64,000 nucleotides of DNA from Lingula anatina (GCA_051362555.1 CM120644.1:22528534-22592533), one strand, 5' to 3'; shown: positions 10,331-23,547, numbered from the stretch's first letter. Numbers and translations: made by a program. Notes: generated from the sequence alone by a model not told the origin.

Positions 10331-10366
10331 TATGTAAATATATGCTGAAAGTTGTCTAAGCACATC

Positions 10367-10376
10367 TCTTTATATT
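10367..10376 (-). promoter_or_regulatory. Candidate TATA box of copy A1
   Basis: ATATAAAG on the minus strand about 40 bp upstream of the ATG. A2 and A3 have similar AT-rich TATA-like motifs at the same offset. Confidence 0.35.
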
Positions 10377-10458
10377 ATTAAGAGCCCTAGTCGCAGACGG
10401 TAAAAAAATATATATGCAGACGTGGCAATGGTTAATAATGGGCTCCTAGGTAACATTA

Positions 10459-10910
10459 CCTGTACGAAAATGCAGTAGTATCGATATAGTAGGAACGACA
10501 TCGACAGGCCTCGAATGCGCAGCCGACTATTCTCCCCCCCCACTTAGCGTGGAGGGCCTTCACAAGGGCTCTGAAAAATGTTGGTGTTTTGGAGGACAAA
10601 CGGTGACCTTTGTATCGGTACGGTTTAGAGCTATGATTCATTTAGTCAAAATTCTAATTTCAAGAGGGCCATCTTGGTGTGGTGATTTTCAGAAACCGAA
10701 AGGGGGTTGGGACCCCCTGACCCCCCTCTCAATCCCCTACTGAGCATGTTTGTAGTAGAAATGCAGTACAGTCTACTGCTCTCTACGCCAAAAATCACAT
10801 AGGGTTGAACAGAGAAAAGCATTAGCTTCCACGTCTGATCCGGGTGCGGTAGAGAAAAAACATTATGCTTCTGCAGCACTGCTTTTGTGCCATTAGGAAG
10901 CATCACCTGT
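10459..10910. mobile_element. Degenerate MITE of the same family as 44545-44830, with a nested GC-rich insert
   Basis: Starts TGTACGAAAATGCAGTAGTATCG and shares the internal segment GCAGTAGAAATGCAGTA..CTACTGC..AAAAATCACATAGGGTTG with 44545-44830. Confidence 0.5.
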
Positions 10911-11984
10911 GTTACATGTAAAAATGGAATACTTCAACGCTACTCCACATAATTTTCTTGCCTATAGCTAGGTGAAATTAATTTGATTCATTTTCCCCAA
11001 TAAACCCTGCAGGTTCAAGGGACCTGTGACATCAAAAAGCTGCCGCTAGGGTCGGATCAGCAGTTTCCCCGTGTTTGTAGTAGTATAAAAAAATATTGTA
11101 AACAGAATTAATAGACAAGTATATGTATATGAGTTGTGCAGAACGGTTTTATGGGGCTTTCTGGATCCTTTTAAACTGCGTATTGCTTTTTTACCAGCAG
11201 TTAGACTGTTAATCTCTTTTTCTGTTGCTTCCCTTTTAGATAATTAAGAAATGCAAAGAAGACATTATGGAAATGTGCGGTTTTCCTGAGCCTGCAGTTA
11301 GCCGACATAAACCAAGTAAAACATAAAGTGAAATTGCGCATGATTATAAAAACATCAGTGGATGTAAAGGAAAGGTTTCTCTTTCTATATAACTGTCTTA
11401 AGCACTTGATTAAACCCTAGATTTGTGACGTTTCGCTTTAAATGAAGAAAACCCCATTTCGTCTCAATATATCCATAGATATTATATATTTTATGTTAAA
11501 GATATAATTCAAAAAGAATTTGACTATACTTACAGTATCTTTGTTATTGACACTGTATACTCTCGTGTGTTTCTTTTATTGACCATTGCGTAATAAATGT
11601 CGCTACATCGTGCATGTGACACATAATAAACTACTACAACAACTCAAACGGAATAACCGTCTCTATAATGTGACAACACCGCCTTGCAAAGATGCCAAGG
11701 AGCGAGACCATAAAGCTGTGTGATGCATGTTTTTTTACATTTTATGGTAGAGGTTTGATGCTTGAGATAAGACTTGCATCGAATCTTAAAGTAAACAAGG
11801 GTAAACTGTGTTGTAAACCATGCAAATTTATAGACATCATTATCTTTGTCATGATGACCGGAATCCCATTACGGGAATGGTAATATCCACAAGTGAATGT
11901 GGATGTTTTACAGATGATGTAAATTTAACTAAAATACTGGTTTCTGGTACCTGAACGCTTTACCAAAATATGCTACCTGAGTTA

Positions 11985-12062
11985 CAAAAATAAATAAATA
12001 AATAAATAAATAAAATAAAATAAAAATAAATGAATAAATAAAAAAATAAAAATAAATAAAAA
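11985..12062. repeat. (AAAT)n/(AAAAT)n low-complexity tract
   Basis: Direct reading. Confidence 0.85.
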
Positions 12063-12225
12063 GATACATGATAAAAAATAATGAAAACGTAATCAATTTA
12101 ACTAAACGACACGCCTTTCCTTGTCCCTAAAGTGCTCGTATAATCATCAGCTTTCCAGTTTTCTACTCAACACGTGAATCTTTTAAACTGAATGCATTCA
12201 GCGAGAATCACTGCCATCTACGTAG

Positions 12226-12309
12226 AATAATAATAATAATAACAACAACAACAACAGCAACAGCAATAATAACAACAACAACAACAACAACAACAACAAT
12301 AATAATAAT

Positions 12310-12386
<77 letters not shown>

Positions 12387-12489
12387 CAACAACAACAACA
12401 ACAACAATAATAATAATAATAATTACAATAATAATAACAACAACAACAACAACAACAATAATAATAATAATAATAATAATAACAATTAA

Positions 12490-12523
<34 letters not shown>

Positions 12524-12540
12524 TTTTTTTTTTTTTTTAT
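12226..12540. repeat. Compound (AAT)n/(AAC)n microsatellite that switches to (ATT)n and poly-T
   Basis: Direct reading; it is the source of the poly-L and poly-I/V ORFs in the track. Confidence 0.95.
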
Positions 12541-13503
12541 TGGGAATGGGCCCTTTGCCACACCTTGCTTTTCAACAACTGACGATACAATTTTAGGACT
12601 ACCATATAAGAGCATCCAGATCCTGGCCAATTTTCAATCACAATTTAAATGTGGTGGATATACTGCTACACGGAGGTAGTTTTGAAGCATATAGGAAATA
12701 TGAAAACTGAAATAAAACTCAAAGGCTTCTCTAATGTCACTTTAAAGTAGGAAGCGCCTTCCTTTTACTACTTTAAGAATTGTGATTTCGTATTTACATA
12801 TTTACTGCACATCGTATTAAATCATTCTACGCCATGCTGTTTATAATCCCCCTTTACGTGAAATGACTTCATCGATGATCTAATCTAGAAGATTTACACT
12901 ATTTTATTTTGGCAAAGTGGCGGGAAGTGTCATCACGGTCCGAGCACACTTCTTATTTCCCGGCTCTGAAAATATCACCCTCGCCCCAAGCCGACCTCCC
13001 ACGAACTCTCTTCCAGAAGAGCGTCGCTTATTATAAGATCTCCATAAGTCAGAAAAGTCCGGCTTTCGAAATGGATGACACGTCGTGCCTTTCGGAATAA
13101 ATTGCAACATGGAGAGCGGAAGTAGAACCAATGTCCCGTCACTTGGTTGCACAAAGAAGTGACGTGATCGCCTCAGAGCAGCCAGCCAATCGCTGATGAG
13201 TCAGAATATCACTGCGCTTTCTTTGGACGTTGCTGAGGTTAACCGTTCCATCGCTGACGAGGGTGAGGACATAGTCGTAGCAAGGCGTCTCTGGTTTCTG
13301 ACCTGTGGTCGGGAGTCTGCGACAAGGGGCATACTTGTAGAAATACCCGGTACATGTATGGTCTCGGGTAATATGCTCCAGTGCTGGTCACTCCGGAGTT
13401 GACCATGGAGGACACCAAAATTAAGACCAAGGCGGAAAAGAGGGGTTTCCTTTAGTGAAGATTGGTGCAGGCATTAAGGTCATGTTTGGTAAACATGCAC
13501 ACA

Positions 13504-13554
<51 letters not shown>

Positions 13555-13781
13555 AGAACAAGGCAGCAAAGCTGTCAAATGTACAGACAATTGTAATTAA
13601 AAAAAGCGCAGGAAATAGGATACTGTCAATTTTGATGCATTAATGTCTTATGCTTACTGTAACTGCATAGCCAACATCAAATTCTAATTCTGCATAACAT
13701 TGAATTAGGATGAAATTAAAATGTGTAACAAGCATTAGACTGAGTTCCCATACCTAGATCAATCTAACAGGATCAATCCAA

Positions 13782-13908
13782 CTCCAAGGGGTTTCTCACT
13801 AAATTGCTTTCAGTTTAAGCGGCTTAGGAATCTGGCATGCCAGTTTCAGTAGGCGTGACATGCTAAGCCACTTACATTGATTGCAATTTAGCGAGAATTC
13901 CCTTGGAG
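13782..13908. mobile_element. Short hairpin-type MITE with imperfect inverted termini of about 45 bp
   Basis: CTCCAAGGGGTTTCTCACTAAATTGC..AAGCGGCTTAG versus CTAAGCCACTT..GCAATTTAGCGAGAATTCCCTTGGAG. A related copy lies at about 63320-63455. Confidence 0.55.
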
Positions 13909-14114
13909 ATACATCGATCCACAGTTAGCGTGATAGGGTCTGGAAATAGTCCCTAAGGCTTGAGGCAGATAAGAGTTAAACTTTGGAAATGCCAGAATGA
14001 GATCAAGTGAAAATTTCTTAAACTCATTTCTTAAACTCATTGCTTAAACTCAATTAAAAAATATATATATATATATATATATATAAATATATATTAATAA
14101 TCATACTTGTAAGT

Positions 14115-17100
14115 TAAAAAAATACAGAAAGTGTTACAAAGTTACAGTACAGGGCTCCTGGTGGATGGGAGTGATAAGTCACATCTTGAAAATGCCAGTT
14201 TGAAAAATTAAAAATTAAAGAAAAAATTACAAAAAATATTCCACTATAGCTGCCATTCAGTCTAGCTGCATAACCATGATATGAATCATCCAACTTCAGT
14301 TTAAACAGTGTAAACAAGTCACAGAAATATAATATATTTTGTTTTACCACAAAAAGGGCAGTCATAGCTATTATTCTGATATCTGAACTTGTCATCAGAC
14401 CATGTGACCTCCATAGGTGGCTATACTTTGTATTAATTTCTTAAGAGATTTTAACAAAAAAAAAAAAAAAAAAACTTTTTAGAAAAAAAATTATTTGCCA
14501 AAAAAGAACAGTTATTAGCCCTTTAACTGTAAAGTCAAGTTGCAAATATTGCACAACAGGTAGTATCAATAAAAGTGAACTGTTACATACCCTTGGGAGT
14601 TATAAGTCCCACACTGAAAATGCCAGTAGGTAAAAGATAAAAATTTCAAAATTATATACAACAGAATAACATGGTCAATAAGATTACAGTTTCAGGACCA
14701 TATGTGAGAGTTCAAATTCACATAATGAAAATCCCTATATGTGAAAAATGATGACAGTGCATACAATAATATTACACAATGTTTAAAGACATAAAAACCA
14801 ACACAACTGCTAATGTGGAAAAACAAAATACACAGCGCTTCTGGTGGATGACAGTTGGAAGTGTCATCTTGAAGATGCTAGTGTTTGAAAAAAAAATTAA
14901 AAGAAAATGTAAAATAAAACATAACAAAAAATACCAATAAAGCTGCTATTAAAACTTTTAATCTTGCTGTACAATTACTAACATGATATGAATAACCCTA
15001 TTGAGTTTGAGAAAAATAAGGCACAGTTATTCATCTTTAGTATTAATGTAAGCGTTACACAAATGTTTTTTTTTTTTTTGTAAACTTATTTTCAATATTA
15101 AATAACATTTACCTGCATAATAATAATCGATTCCTAAATATGTGACACAGTTAAGAGAGCTAAACCTATGGGACTTTACAATGAAATCTCAATGTGTGTT
15201 TATGTAATCTCATTTAATGGCCACTTGAAAATTAATTAAGCAAATTATTTTATAACCCTGAAATAACTTGAAAATTAATTAAGCAAATTACTTTATAGCC
15301 CTGAATTAACTGCCTACTATCCATATACATTTATTGCACCAAATAGCACACTACTGCATTGCATTCAAAACAGAAAACAATTACAATGGTTTTCCAACAC
15401 AAGCTGCACTTCAGTCTTTTCAGTAAGGTTGATTATCATAAGTAACATGGTTTTCCCTTAATCGCTATCCTGGCAGCAGTGTCCAAAATAGGGTTTTCTT
15501 CAACTTTCATGCAATATAACATAATACTTAACAGCATAATGACCATCAAATTTTTTATAAAAAAATAAAAGTATCATGAATATTCAGAAAATGTGATTTG
15601 GGAAGGTCTTCAAGGCCATGGAAGTTCAGAGTCACACTTTCAAAATGCCAAAATGTAAACAAGAGATAACTGTACTGAAATGATTTTCTTTCCATTTTCA
15701 ACACCTTTTTTAAAACAAAATAATCAATAAACTGTCATTTTTAAATGTTCAACTAGGAAAATTGTTGACATAAGAAAAATATCAATAGAACAATTTTCAA
15801 TGTCCAATTTGCTCCATATGCAGATGCTGAACATAGTGAATGATTAAATCTGACAAACTGCAATGATGAGTTCCTTTCCATTTATGATACTTTATTACAC
15901 AATGCACAATAACAGGTTTACCGTCATTTTTATATAATCAACTAACAATATCGTTAAGAAGCAGAAAATGTCAAAACAACACTTTTCCATATCTTATTAG
16001 TTCCATAATGAGACTGTTAACATGCCCAAGAATTAAATCTGAAGAAAGAACAATTATATACAAAAATACAGAAAATGCACAGCACTGGTGGATGGGAGTT
16101 AAAAATCACATCTTGAGGATGCTGGTGTTTGAAAAATAATTTTAAAAAAATTTTTAATAAAACTTAAAAATTTCCAATAAAGCTGCTATTCAAATTTTCT
16201 ATCTAGCTGTATTAACTTGATATTAATAACCCCACCAATTTTGAGAAAAATAAAGCACTGTTATTCATCTATAGCATGTTGGCATAACACATTTTTTTGC
16301 TGTAAATTTATTTGCAATTTTAAACACCATTTATCTGCATAATTATCACCAAATCCTAATTTTATGACACAGTTAAGAGAGCTAAACCTATGGGACTTTA
16401 CAGGGAAATCTCAACGAGTGTTTTAATGGCCAATTGAAAATTAATGAGCAGGCAAGTGACTTTATAGACCTAAATTTAATTAGTGATCACCAAGGGACAA
16501 TTTCATAGACACATCCATACAGTACCATCATATAGCACAAATGTGTTATAGGTGTTGTATACATGCTGAAAAAAGTGAAAAAACAGCATTACTTCCCTAA
16601 AAATGATCCGATCATGCTGATTTTCAAACTTGACCTGCGTATTATGAATATTCATCAGTTCTGTAAGTTTGAAACCAAAAGGTAAAATGGTTTTCCACTT
16701 ATCGTATTATCGGTGCTGCATATACCTATGCTGAAAAAAGTGAAAAAAACAGCATAACTACCCTGAAAATGACCTGATCATGCCTATATTCGAACTTGAC
16801 CTGCGGATTATGAATATTCATTAGTTCTGCAAGTTTTAAGCCAAAAGGTAAAATGATTTTCACTTATCATGTTATCAGTGTTGCATATATGGTGAAAAAA
16901 GTGAAAAACAGCATAACTTCCCTAAAAATGACCCGATCATGCTGATTTTCGAACTTGACCTGTGGATTATGAATATTCATCAGTTTTGTAAGTTTCAGGC
17001 CAAAAAGTAAAATGGTTTTCCACTTATCGTGTTATCGGTGCTGCAAATATGCTGAAACATGACAGCACTGTTCTGCAATGGGTTTACTTCCATTTTTAAA

Positions 17101-17970
17101 ACACTTTTTTAACATAAAACAAAATAAACAGATTACTACCATTTGTATATGACCAACTAAGAAAATTGATGAGATGGGAAAAATATCAATAGAACAGTGT
17201 TAAATGTCCAATTTCCTCCATTCTGGGATTCTGAAGATAGCAGATGATTGAATCTGACAAACTACAATGATATGAGTTTATTTCCATTTTTGACACTTTA
17301 TTACACAATACACGATATCAAGTTTACCATCATTTTTACATAATCAACTAATAATGTCATAAAGATGCAGGAAATGTCAAACAAACACTTTTACGTATCT
17401 TATTAGTTCAATAATGAGACTGTTAACATGCCTAACAATTGAATCTGAGGAAATGTGAAAAAACAGCATAACTTCTAAAATAATGGCCCGATTATGCTGT
17501 TTTTGGAACTCAACCTGCGTTTTAGTAAGATTGACCACTCCTGTAAGTATAATGACAATTGGCCTATCTGTTTTTCTTATATTGTGTTATCAGTGCTGCA
17601 TATATGTTGAAAAAAGTGAAAAAATAGCATAACTCCCCTAAAAATGGCCCGATCATGCTGATTTTCGAACTTGACCTGCGGATTATGAATATTCATCAGT
17701 TTTGTAAGTTTCAGGCCAAAAAGTAAAATGGTTTTCCACTTATCGTGTTATCGGTGCTGCATATATGCTGAAAAAAGTGAAAAAAAACAGCATAACTTCC
17801 GTACAAGTTACCCGATCATGCTGATTTTCGAACTTGACCTGCGTATTATGAATATTCATCAATTCTGTAAGTTTCAAGCTGAAATGAAAAACAGTTTTCC
17901 ACTTATCGTGTTATCGGTAAAAGTGCACGACGGCGACGACGGCGACGACGACAGACGCAGATGATGGCTA
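14115..17970. mobile_element. Repeat-rich insertion, probably a non-autonomous Helitron/Helentron-like element
   Basis: Internal duplications (about 14820-15300 vs 16060-16480; about 15670-16050 vs 17075-17450), tandem units of about 161 bp and a terminal GACGGC/GAC microsatellite. It is absent from intron 1 of the paralogues. Confidence 0.5.
16565..17925. repeat. Six copies of a unit of about 161 bp, in two blocks of three (16565-17052 and 17451-17925)
   Basis: Unit CTGAAAAAAGTGAAAAAACAGCATAACTTCCCTAAAAATGACCCGATCATGCTGATTTTCGAACTTGACCTGCG..ATGAATATTCATCAG..CCACTTATCGTGTTATCGGTGCTGCATATATG. Confidence 0.9.
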
Positions 17971-18659
17971 TATGTACAGACACATCTGTGTACATCTGTG
18001 TCTGTACATAAAAATAGAGAGAAAGAGGGATTCTAAACAAAAGTAAGCAATGCGCAGAACGCCTGCAAACACTCACCTGCTTGAACGTTCCATGATTAAA
18101 GATAAAGTGACAGCTGTCTAGACACAATTCTTGATATATAACAGAGACCTAGACTCAGATGGTTAATAAGCAGTAAAAATGCAGACTTGGTTTGTTAGTA
18201 ATGGGCTCTTAAGTAACTTTGGGGTTATTTGAATGAACACATTTGTTCTAAATGTTTTTTTTTTTTTTTTATTAACAAGAGACGTGTTCTTAACATAAAA
18301 TAAGTTTTATTAGACGAATTTTCTAATGTAACTTTAAAGTAGGGCAATGCCTCATTTCACCAAAATATGTGCCTTTCCATTTACATATTTACCGAACCTC
18401 TAATTAAAACATAAATAATCTATTGTACACAGAGTAAAATTGTTACAAAATCAAGCAATACATTTACGGAAAATGTGTTCATCTTCGTGTGGGAGAAGAG
18501 GAAGTTGTTTTAAATTATAACAAGCGATTTCAGCGTTATTGTACCTGAGAGAATACCGCCTTTCAAAGCTCTAATAAAAATGAAGGTCGCCTTTCTTTGC
18601 AAATTGTCTACGACACTTTGGACATGCAGTTCCAGTAAGTCGCAGATTAAGATGTTTAT

Positions 18660-18810
18660 AGACGCATTCACTACTATAGTTGATCAGTTGACTAACAGAT
18701 CCGCTGATCAAGTGTGAGTTTACTCAGTGTCTAATAGGAAAATATGCGGGAAGCATTCAAGTGGATCTGCCATATTTGATCCGATATTTGATCCGATAGT
18801 CTAACAGATG
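18660..18810. mobile_element. Small MITE family member (relatives at about 20680-20848 and 61311-61459)
   Basis: Shared motifs GCATTCAC..TAACAGATCC and AAGTGGATC.GCCATATTTGATCCG. Confidence 0.45.
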
Positions 18811-18955
18811 TGCACATTTATCCTTCATTCGGAAAGCTTTATAAATGCAATTAATTTTGCTTGAATCGTGCAGCTCGCAGAGAAAATGTTGCACAGCTTG
18901 TGAATGCACAGACGCACAGCTTGTGAATGCACAGACGTAAAAAGCTCACACTTAC

Positions 18956-19465
18956 CTGACGAAGAAATAGGAATATTGAAGAACTGGGCTTTATCCCCTC
19001 TACTGGCTGACACCAGTCTGTACCTTGCGGCGGGGTCGATGCGGAGTGTGCTGAACGTCAAGGCCCCGTCTCCAGTAGTCACTGCCTTGGTGCCATTTAT
19101 GTACGCTTCGTCCGGTACCCCGGTAAAATCAATGCCGTATTTGTTCTATAAAGGTAAAATGATGTATAGAAATCAATGTGTAAAACTAAGAAGGCATTGA
19201 ATTAGATACATAAAGCGCATAAACATCAAAGTTGAGCCAAAATGTGTATATTAAATAAACCGGAATGATCGCATTTCCATGACAATACAAATGCCCTTAG
19301 TGTGTTGCACTTTGCAAGAGAAAGAGAGAGGGAGAGAGAGGGAGAGAGAGAGATCTCACCTTTAACCACGCAGTGGCTCTCTTCCCCTCAGCAATGGCGT
19401 CCGTCTCAGAGCGACCAGCCAATCTATGATGAGCCAGAATATCAATGCGTTTTCCTTGGACGCGC
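18956..19465 (-). pseudogene. Array gene fragment: intact 190-nt exon 3 (18956-19145) and the 3' part of exon 2 (19360-19465); exons 1 and 4 deleted
   Basis: NKYGIDFTGVPDEAYINGTKAVTTGDGALTFSTLRIDPAARYRLVSASRGDKAQFFNIPISSSG. The exon 2 remnant joins directly to promoter-region sequence (GATGCAGACTTGG..). Confidence 0.8.
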
Positions 19466-20851
19466 CTTAAAGATGCAGACTTGGAAATCGTTTTGTTAAT
19501 AATGGGCTCTCAGGTACCTTTAGAGTTCGTTGGGGGAAAACTTTTGTTCTAAATGTCTCTTTGATTAAAAAGTCACTTGTTATCAACATAGAAAAACGAG
19601 TTTTATTACTTGACTTTTCTAAAGTCACTTTAAAGAAGGGCAATGTCTTCCTTTCACCAATAAATGTGCTTTTGTATTTACATATTTACTGTACCTCTAA
19701 ATAATACATCAATAATCTATAGTAGATAGAGTAAAATATTGTTAAAAATCAAGAAATACGTTAACTTAATAACGTATGTGCATCTCCGTGGGAGAGAAGG
19801 AGGTTGTTTTAAATCATCAAAAGTGATTTTAGCATTATTTCACCAGTGAGAATACCGCCTATCCTAGCTCTGAGTAAACAGAAGCATTTGGCTTTCAGAT
19901 AAAATCTCTAATTTATACTCCCCCCCGTTAAATACGGCATATTGTTACGCAATGGATACAATGAAAAAAAAAAAGCCAACGAAATAAATTACTTTAATAT
20001 TTCATCTTTATTATATTTTAAACTTTGGCTGTTATCGTGGGAGATACAATAATCAACGCCATTTGATTTTAGCCCGTTTCGCAGGCAACACAAAACCGTT
20101 CAATTAGAATTGTACGAATAACTGATCATGGGGGCAAGTTCAAGCAACAAAAATGACATGTCAAAAAAGTTGATGATAGAAAAATAAATAAATGAAGATT
20201 AAAATTTAATAAATATAATAATATTATTAAAGTAAATTGAACTTAAGGAACTTAGTGAAAATGCAAATAATAATAATAATAATAATAATAATGATAATAA
20301 TAATAATAATAAATAAATAAAATAAAATATAAAGGCGTATATTATGAAACCGCTAATTTGCACAACAGACATATAAGTAATCTGCAGTACAACAAAGCCA
20401 AAATAAGTCAAACAGTAATGGATAGCATGTAACTTTGCTGCTTTGGCAACTTGTTTAGGATAAAACTGATTTTTTTCATTCTTTAAATACATTTTCAAAC
20501 TTATTGTGTAAACGTTCATTTCAGTGAAAATAAACTGATAGCGCTGTTGGCAGTGTCTTCTCCACTACACGTGTAAATCAGGTGGAGTTTTACTGATGTT
20601 ATGCAGGATTGGAATCAACAGTGTCTGGGATGTAGATTTTTTTTTATTCTCATTTGGGGATTGATATTTTTTTTTCATTCACTATCAAAGTTGAGCCGCG
20701 GACTAACAGGCCCGCTGACACCGTGTAATCTCCGAGAATAATGCACTCAGTGACTATTAGGGGAATATGCGACAAGCTTTCAAGTGGATCGGCCATATTT
20801 GATCCGTGAATCTGTTAGCCTGCGGATCAACTTGATCTAAATGCGTCCTAA

Positions 20852-21532
20852 GGCCCCTATTTCACACAGACCACGAATCCCACGAATCGCCAGGAATTGA
20901 CAAATTTCAGGATTCGTGAAGATTCGTGAGATTTTGCCAATTTTCTGGTCTAATTCGACACGCTCACGATTCAGTTACGATACAGGTACGAAAGTGTTAC
21001 GAATATTCGTGGGATTCGGCTGGAATCGTGAGATTTTGCCAATTTTTTGGTCTAATTCGACACGCTCTACTATTCAGTTACGATACAGGTGCGATAGTGT
21101 TACGGATATTCGTGAGTTTCGGCACGAATATTGTCCAGAAATTCACTACGATTTTTTTTGGAATCGGGAGTTCGTGGCCAAAACTTTGAACAGCTCAAAA
21201 CTTTTGCCACCAATTCCCGATTGATCATGAATCGCAAGAACTGGCTACGATTATAAACGAATCTGTTAAGAACTTCACGAACTGATAACGATTCAACCAC
21301 GAATCCTGAAATTTTCAATTCCTGGCGATTTGTGGGATTCGTGGTCTGTGTGAAATAGGGGCATCAAAGTTTTTGCCACCAATTCCTGTTGGTCAAGAAG
21401 TGCAAGAACTGACTACGAATATATATGCATATGTTAAGAACTTCACCAACTGATTGCGATTCAACCACGAATCGTGAAATTTGTCAATTCATGGCCATCC
21501 ATAGGATTCGTGGTCTTTGTGAAATAGGGGCA
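20852..21532. mobile_element. PIF/Harbinger-like MITE with TIRs of about 65 bp, TAA target duplication and a duplicated right end
   Basis: TAA|GGCCCCTATTTCACACAGACCACGAATCC.. at the left; ..GGATTCGTGGTCTGTGTGAAATAGGGGCA ends at 21363 and again at 21532|TAA. There is an internal tandem duplication of about 102 bp. Confidence 0.8.
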
Positions 21533-21957
21533 TAAGAAAGCTACAGGTACATGTGTAATACGGGCTGTTCAGTGAGGTGGTACGTGGTAATTAAGAGAGT
21601 AGAGCCCCTGATCCTAGTATTGCTATTTGATTGGATTATCCGGAAAACTATGACACTTTACCCACCATAAGAAATAATTTTTGCCAAGTGAGAAGAAACA
21701 GTCTATAAAAACAGGACTGTATTCTTTATTTTGTGAATCGACGCCTCAGTTGCCTCTCATTAATTTATATACTCGCAAACCGTTTATATTTTAAAATAGC
21801 TTTTATTACCAGAAAAGTATATCCACCTCTTATAAGATCCTTTATCAGTGCACCTAAAAGCCATGAAAGTTCAAATAAAGTGTAGCAACGATTATTGAAC
21901 TGTGTTTGTCATGGATGTAGCACGCAGTTACCCATGTTCCATTCATGAATATAGAAA

Positions 21958-23416
21958 TCATGATCTAGAGGCGGGGAAAGTGAGCACGGTTCTAGCACTC
22001 AGTTTATTATCCGGCTCAGTAAATAACACTCCTCGTGCCACGCCGTTCCCCCAAGAACCCTCCTTCACATCAAGATTCAGCACGGTTACATCAAGGGAGG
22101 AATATGTTTTGCCTTCAAAATGGATGAGGAGTTCCGTCTTTCGGAATATATTGTAGCATGGAGAGCGGAAGTGGGTCCTACGTCCGGTCACGTGATTGCA
22201 CAAGGTGATGACGTAATCACCATACAATATTCTTGCGCCTTTAGGAAGGGTGCTTCTGAACGTGCCATTCACTTGGACTTCTTCATTGACTGTAACCATC
22301 CAACCTGAGAGAAGGATTATATAATTACTGAAACTACTGGTAGTGATACACTCCATCCGAACGGAATTGTGTGTGTAACTGTTAGTGTCGGATTAACACC
22401 GGAAATTGTATCTTAAAGAGGCCGCCGTAAATGCATCTGTATCATACAGATTTTTGAACGATATTGGACAAACAAATTTAGTATTTTAAATAAGAACTGA
22501 AGGGGTTTAAGTATAAGCTGATATCTCGATCAATAAATTAGTATGTACGTCATTTTTATAATAGAATATTAATATAATAATATAGAACGATATTTAAATT
22601 ATGCTAAATATGCACATAGATGCACGAATGTTCACAAGATACAATTCAACGTACCGGCGTCATACACAGGGGTATTGAAGAATTGTACTTTTTCTCCTCT
22701 ACTGGCTGACACAAGCCTGTACCTGGCACTGGGGTCCAAGATGAAGGTACTGAAGGTGAAGGCCCCGCCTTCACTAGTCACTGCCTTGGAGCCATCTATG
22801 TACGCTTCGTCCGGTATCCCGGTGAAATCGATGCCGTATTTGTTCTAAGAGTATAACAGAATACAATAATATTCTAGAAAAGCATACGTTTACAGTTTCT
22901 ACACATTGAATATTCGCATACATGTGAATTACATCATATTACAAGAACTAAAATTACAATAGATTTTCGAAAAAAGAGAGAGAAAGAGAGACAATTTTCA
23001 CTTTCAGCCACACGGCTCCTCTTTTTCCCTCCTCTATGGCGTCTGTCTCAGAGCGACCGGCCAATTGGTGATGAGACAAAATGTTGCTGCGGGATCCCCG
23101 GATATTTGCTAAATTAGCAGACCCGTCCATGATAAATGTTAGGACATAGTTGTAGCACGGCGTCTCTGGTTTCTGACACGTGTCCGGGCGGACATAATTG
23201 TAAGAGTACATGTGTGGTCTCGGATAATATGTTCTAGTGCTGTCCACGCCGGTTCTGGCCATGGAGGCCACCAAGATGAAGGTCAAGGCGGAGAGGAGTT
23301 TCCTATATTGAAGATAGGTGCAGGGAATTAGGTTATGTTATGTTATGTTAATAGGCACACACAAACACACACAAATTCACATACACAAACACATACACTC
23401 ACATACATACACATAA

Positions 23417-23455
<39 letters not shown>

Positions 23456-23547
23456 TAAAGATAGTGGCAGACAAGTGATCTAACCCAAACGATGGGCAGA
23501 ATGATATGCAGAACGCTTGTAACCACTCACCTGATTGAAAGCTCCAT
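21958..23547 (-). CDS. Uncharacterised secreted protein, array copy A2, 284 aa; exons 23531-23547, 23002-23302, 22655-22844, 21958-22304
   Basis: Same exon structure and motifs as A1, open frame, GT-AG sites (the exon 2 donor AAA|GTGAAA is weak). Confidence 0.82.

Larger units (their letters stand above)
12904..18093 (-). pseudogene. Array pseudogene (A1-like): exon 1 at about 18077-18093, intron 1 expanded by about 4.4 kb, frameshifted exon 2 (about 13172-13449) fused by deletion to an exon 4 remnant (12904-13172); exon 3 lost
   Basis: ATGGAACGTTCAAGCAG|GTGAGT; exon 2 similarity (..PRPYMY.., CQKPETPCYDYVLT..); exon 4 similarity (VIFSEPGNKKCARTVMTLPATLP). Confidence 0.8.

Noticed and set aside
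9731-10363. 210-aa ORF as a single-exon gene
   Set aside because: It is a chance read-through of intron 1 and microsatellites; paralogue comparison shows splicing at 10314/10130 and 9818.
12198-12630. Poly-Leu and poly-Ile/Val ORFs resembling membrane proteins
   Set aside because: They are translations of trinucleotide microsatellites.
16565-17925. Regularly spaced repeats as a CRISPR array
   Set aside because: The units are contiguous 161-bp tandem repeats without unique spacers, there are no cas genes, and the context is eukaryotic.
20916-21318. Overlapping ORFs with an internal repeat
   Set aside because: They lie inside a MITE with a 102-bp duplication and show no protein signature.
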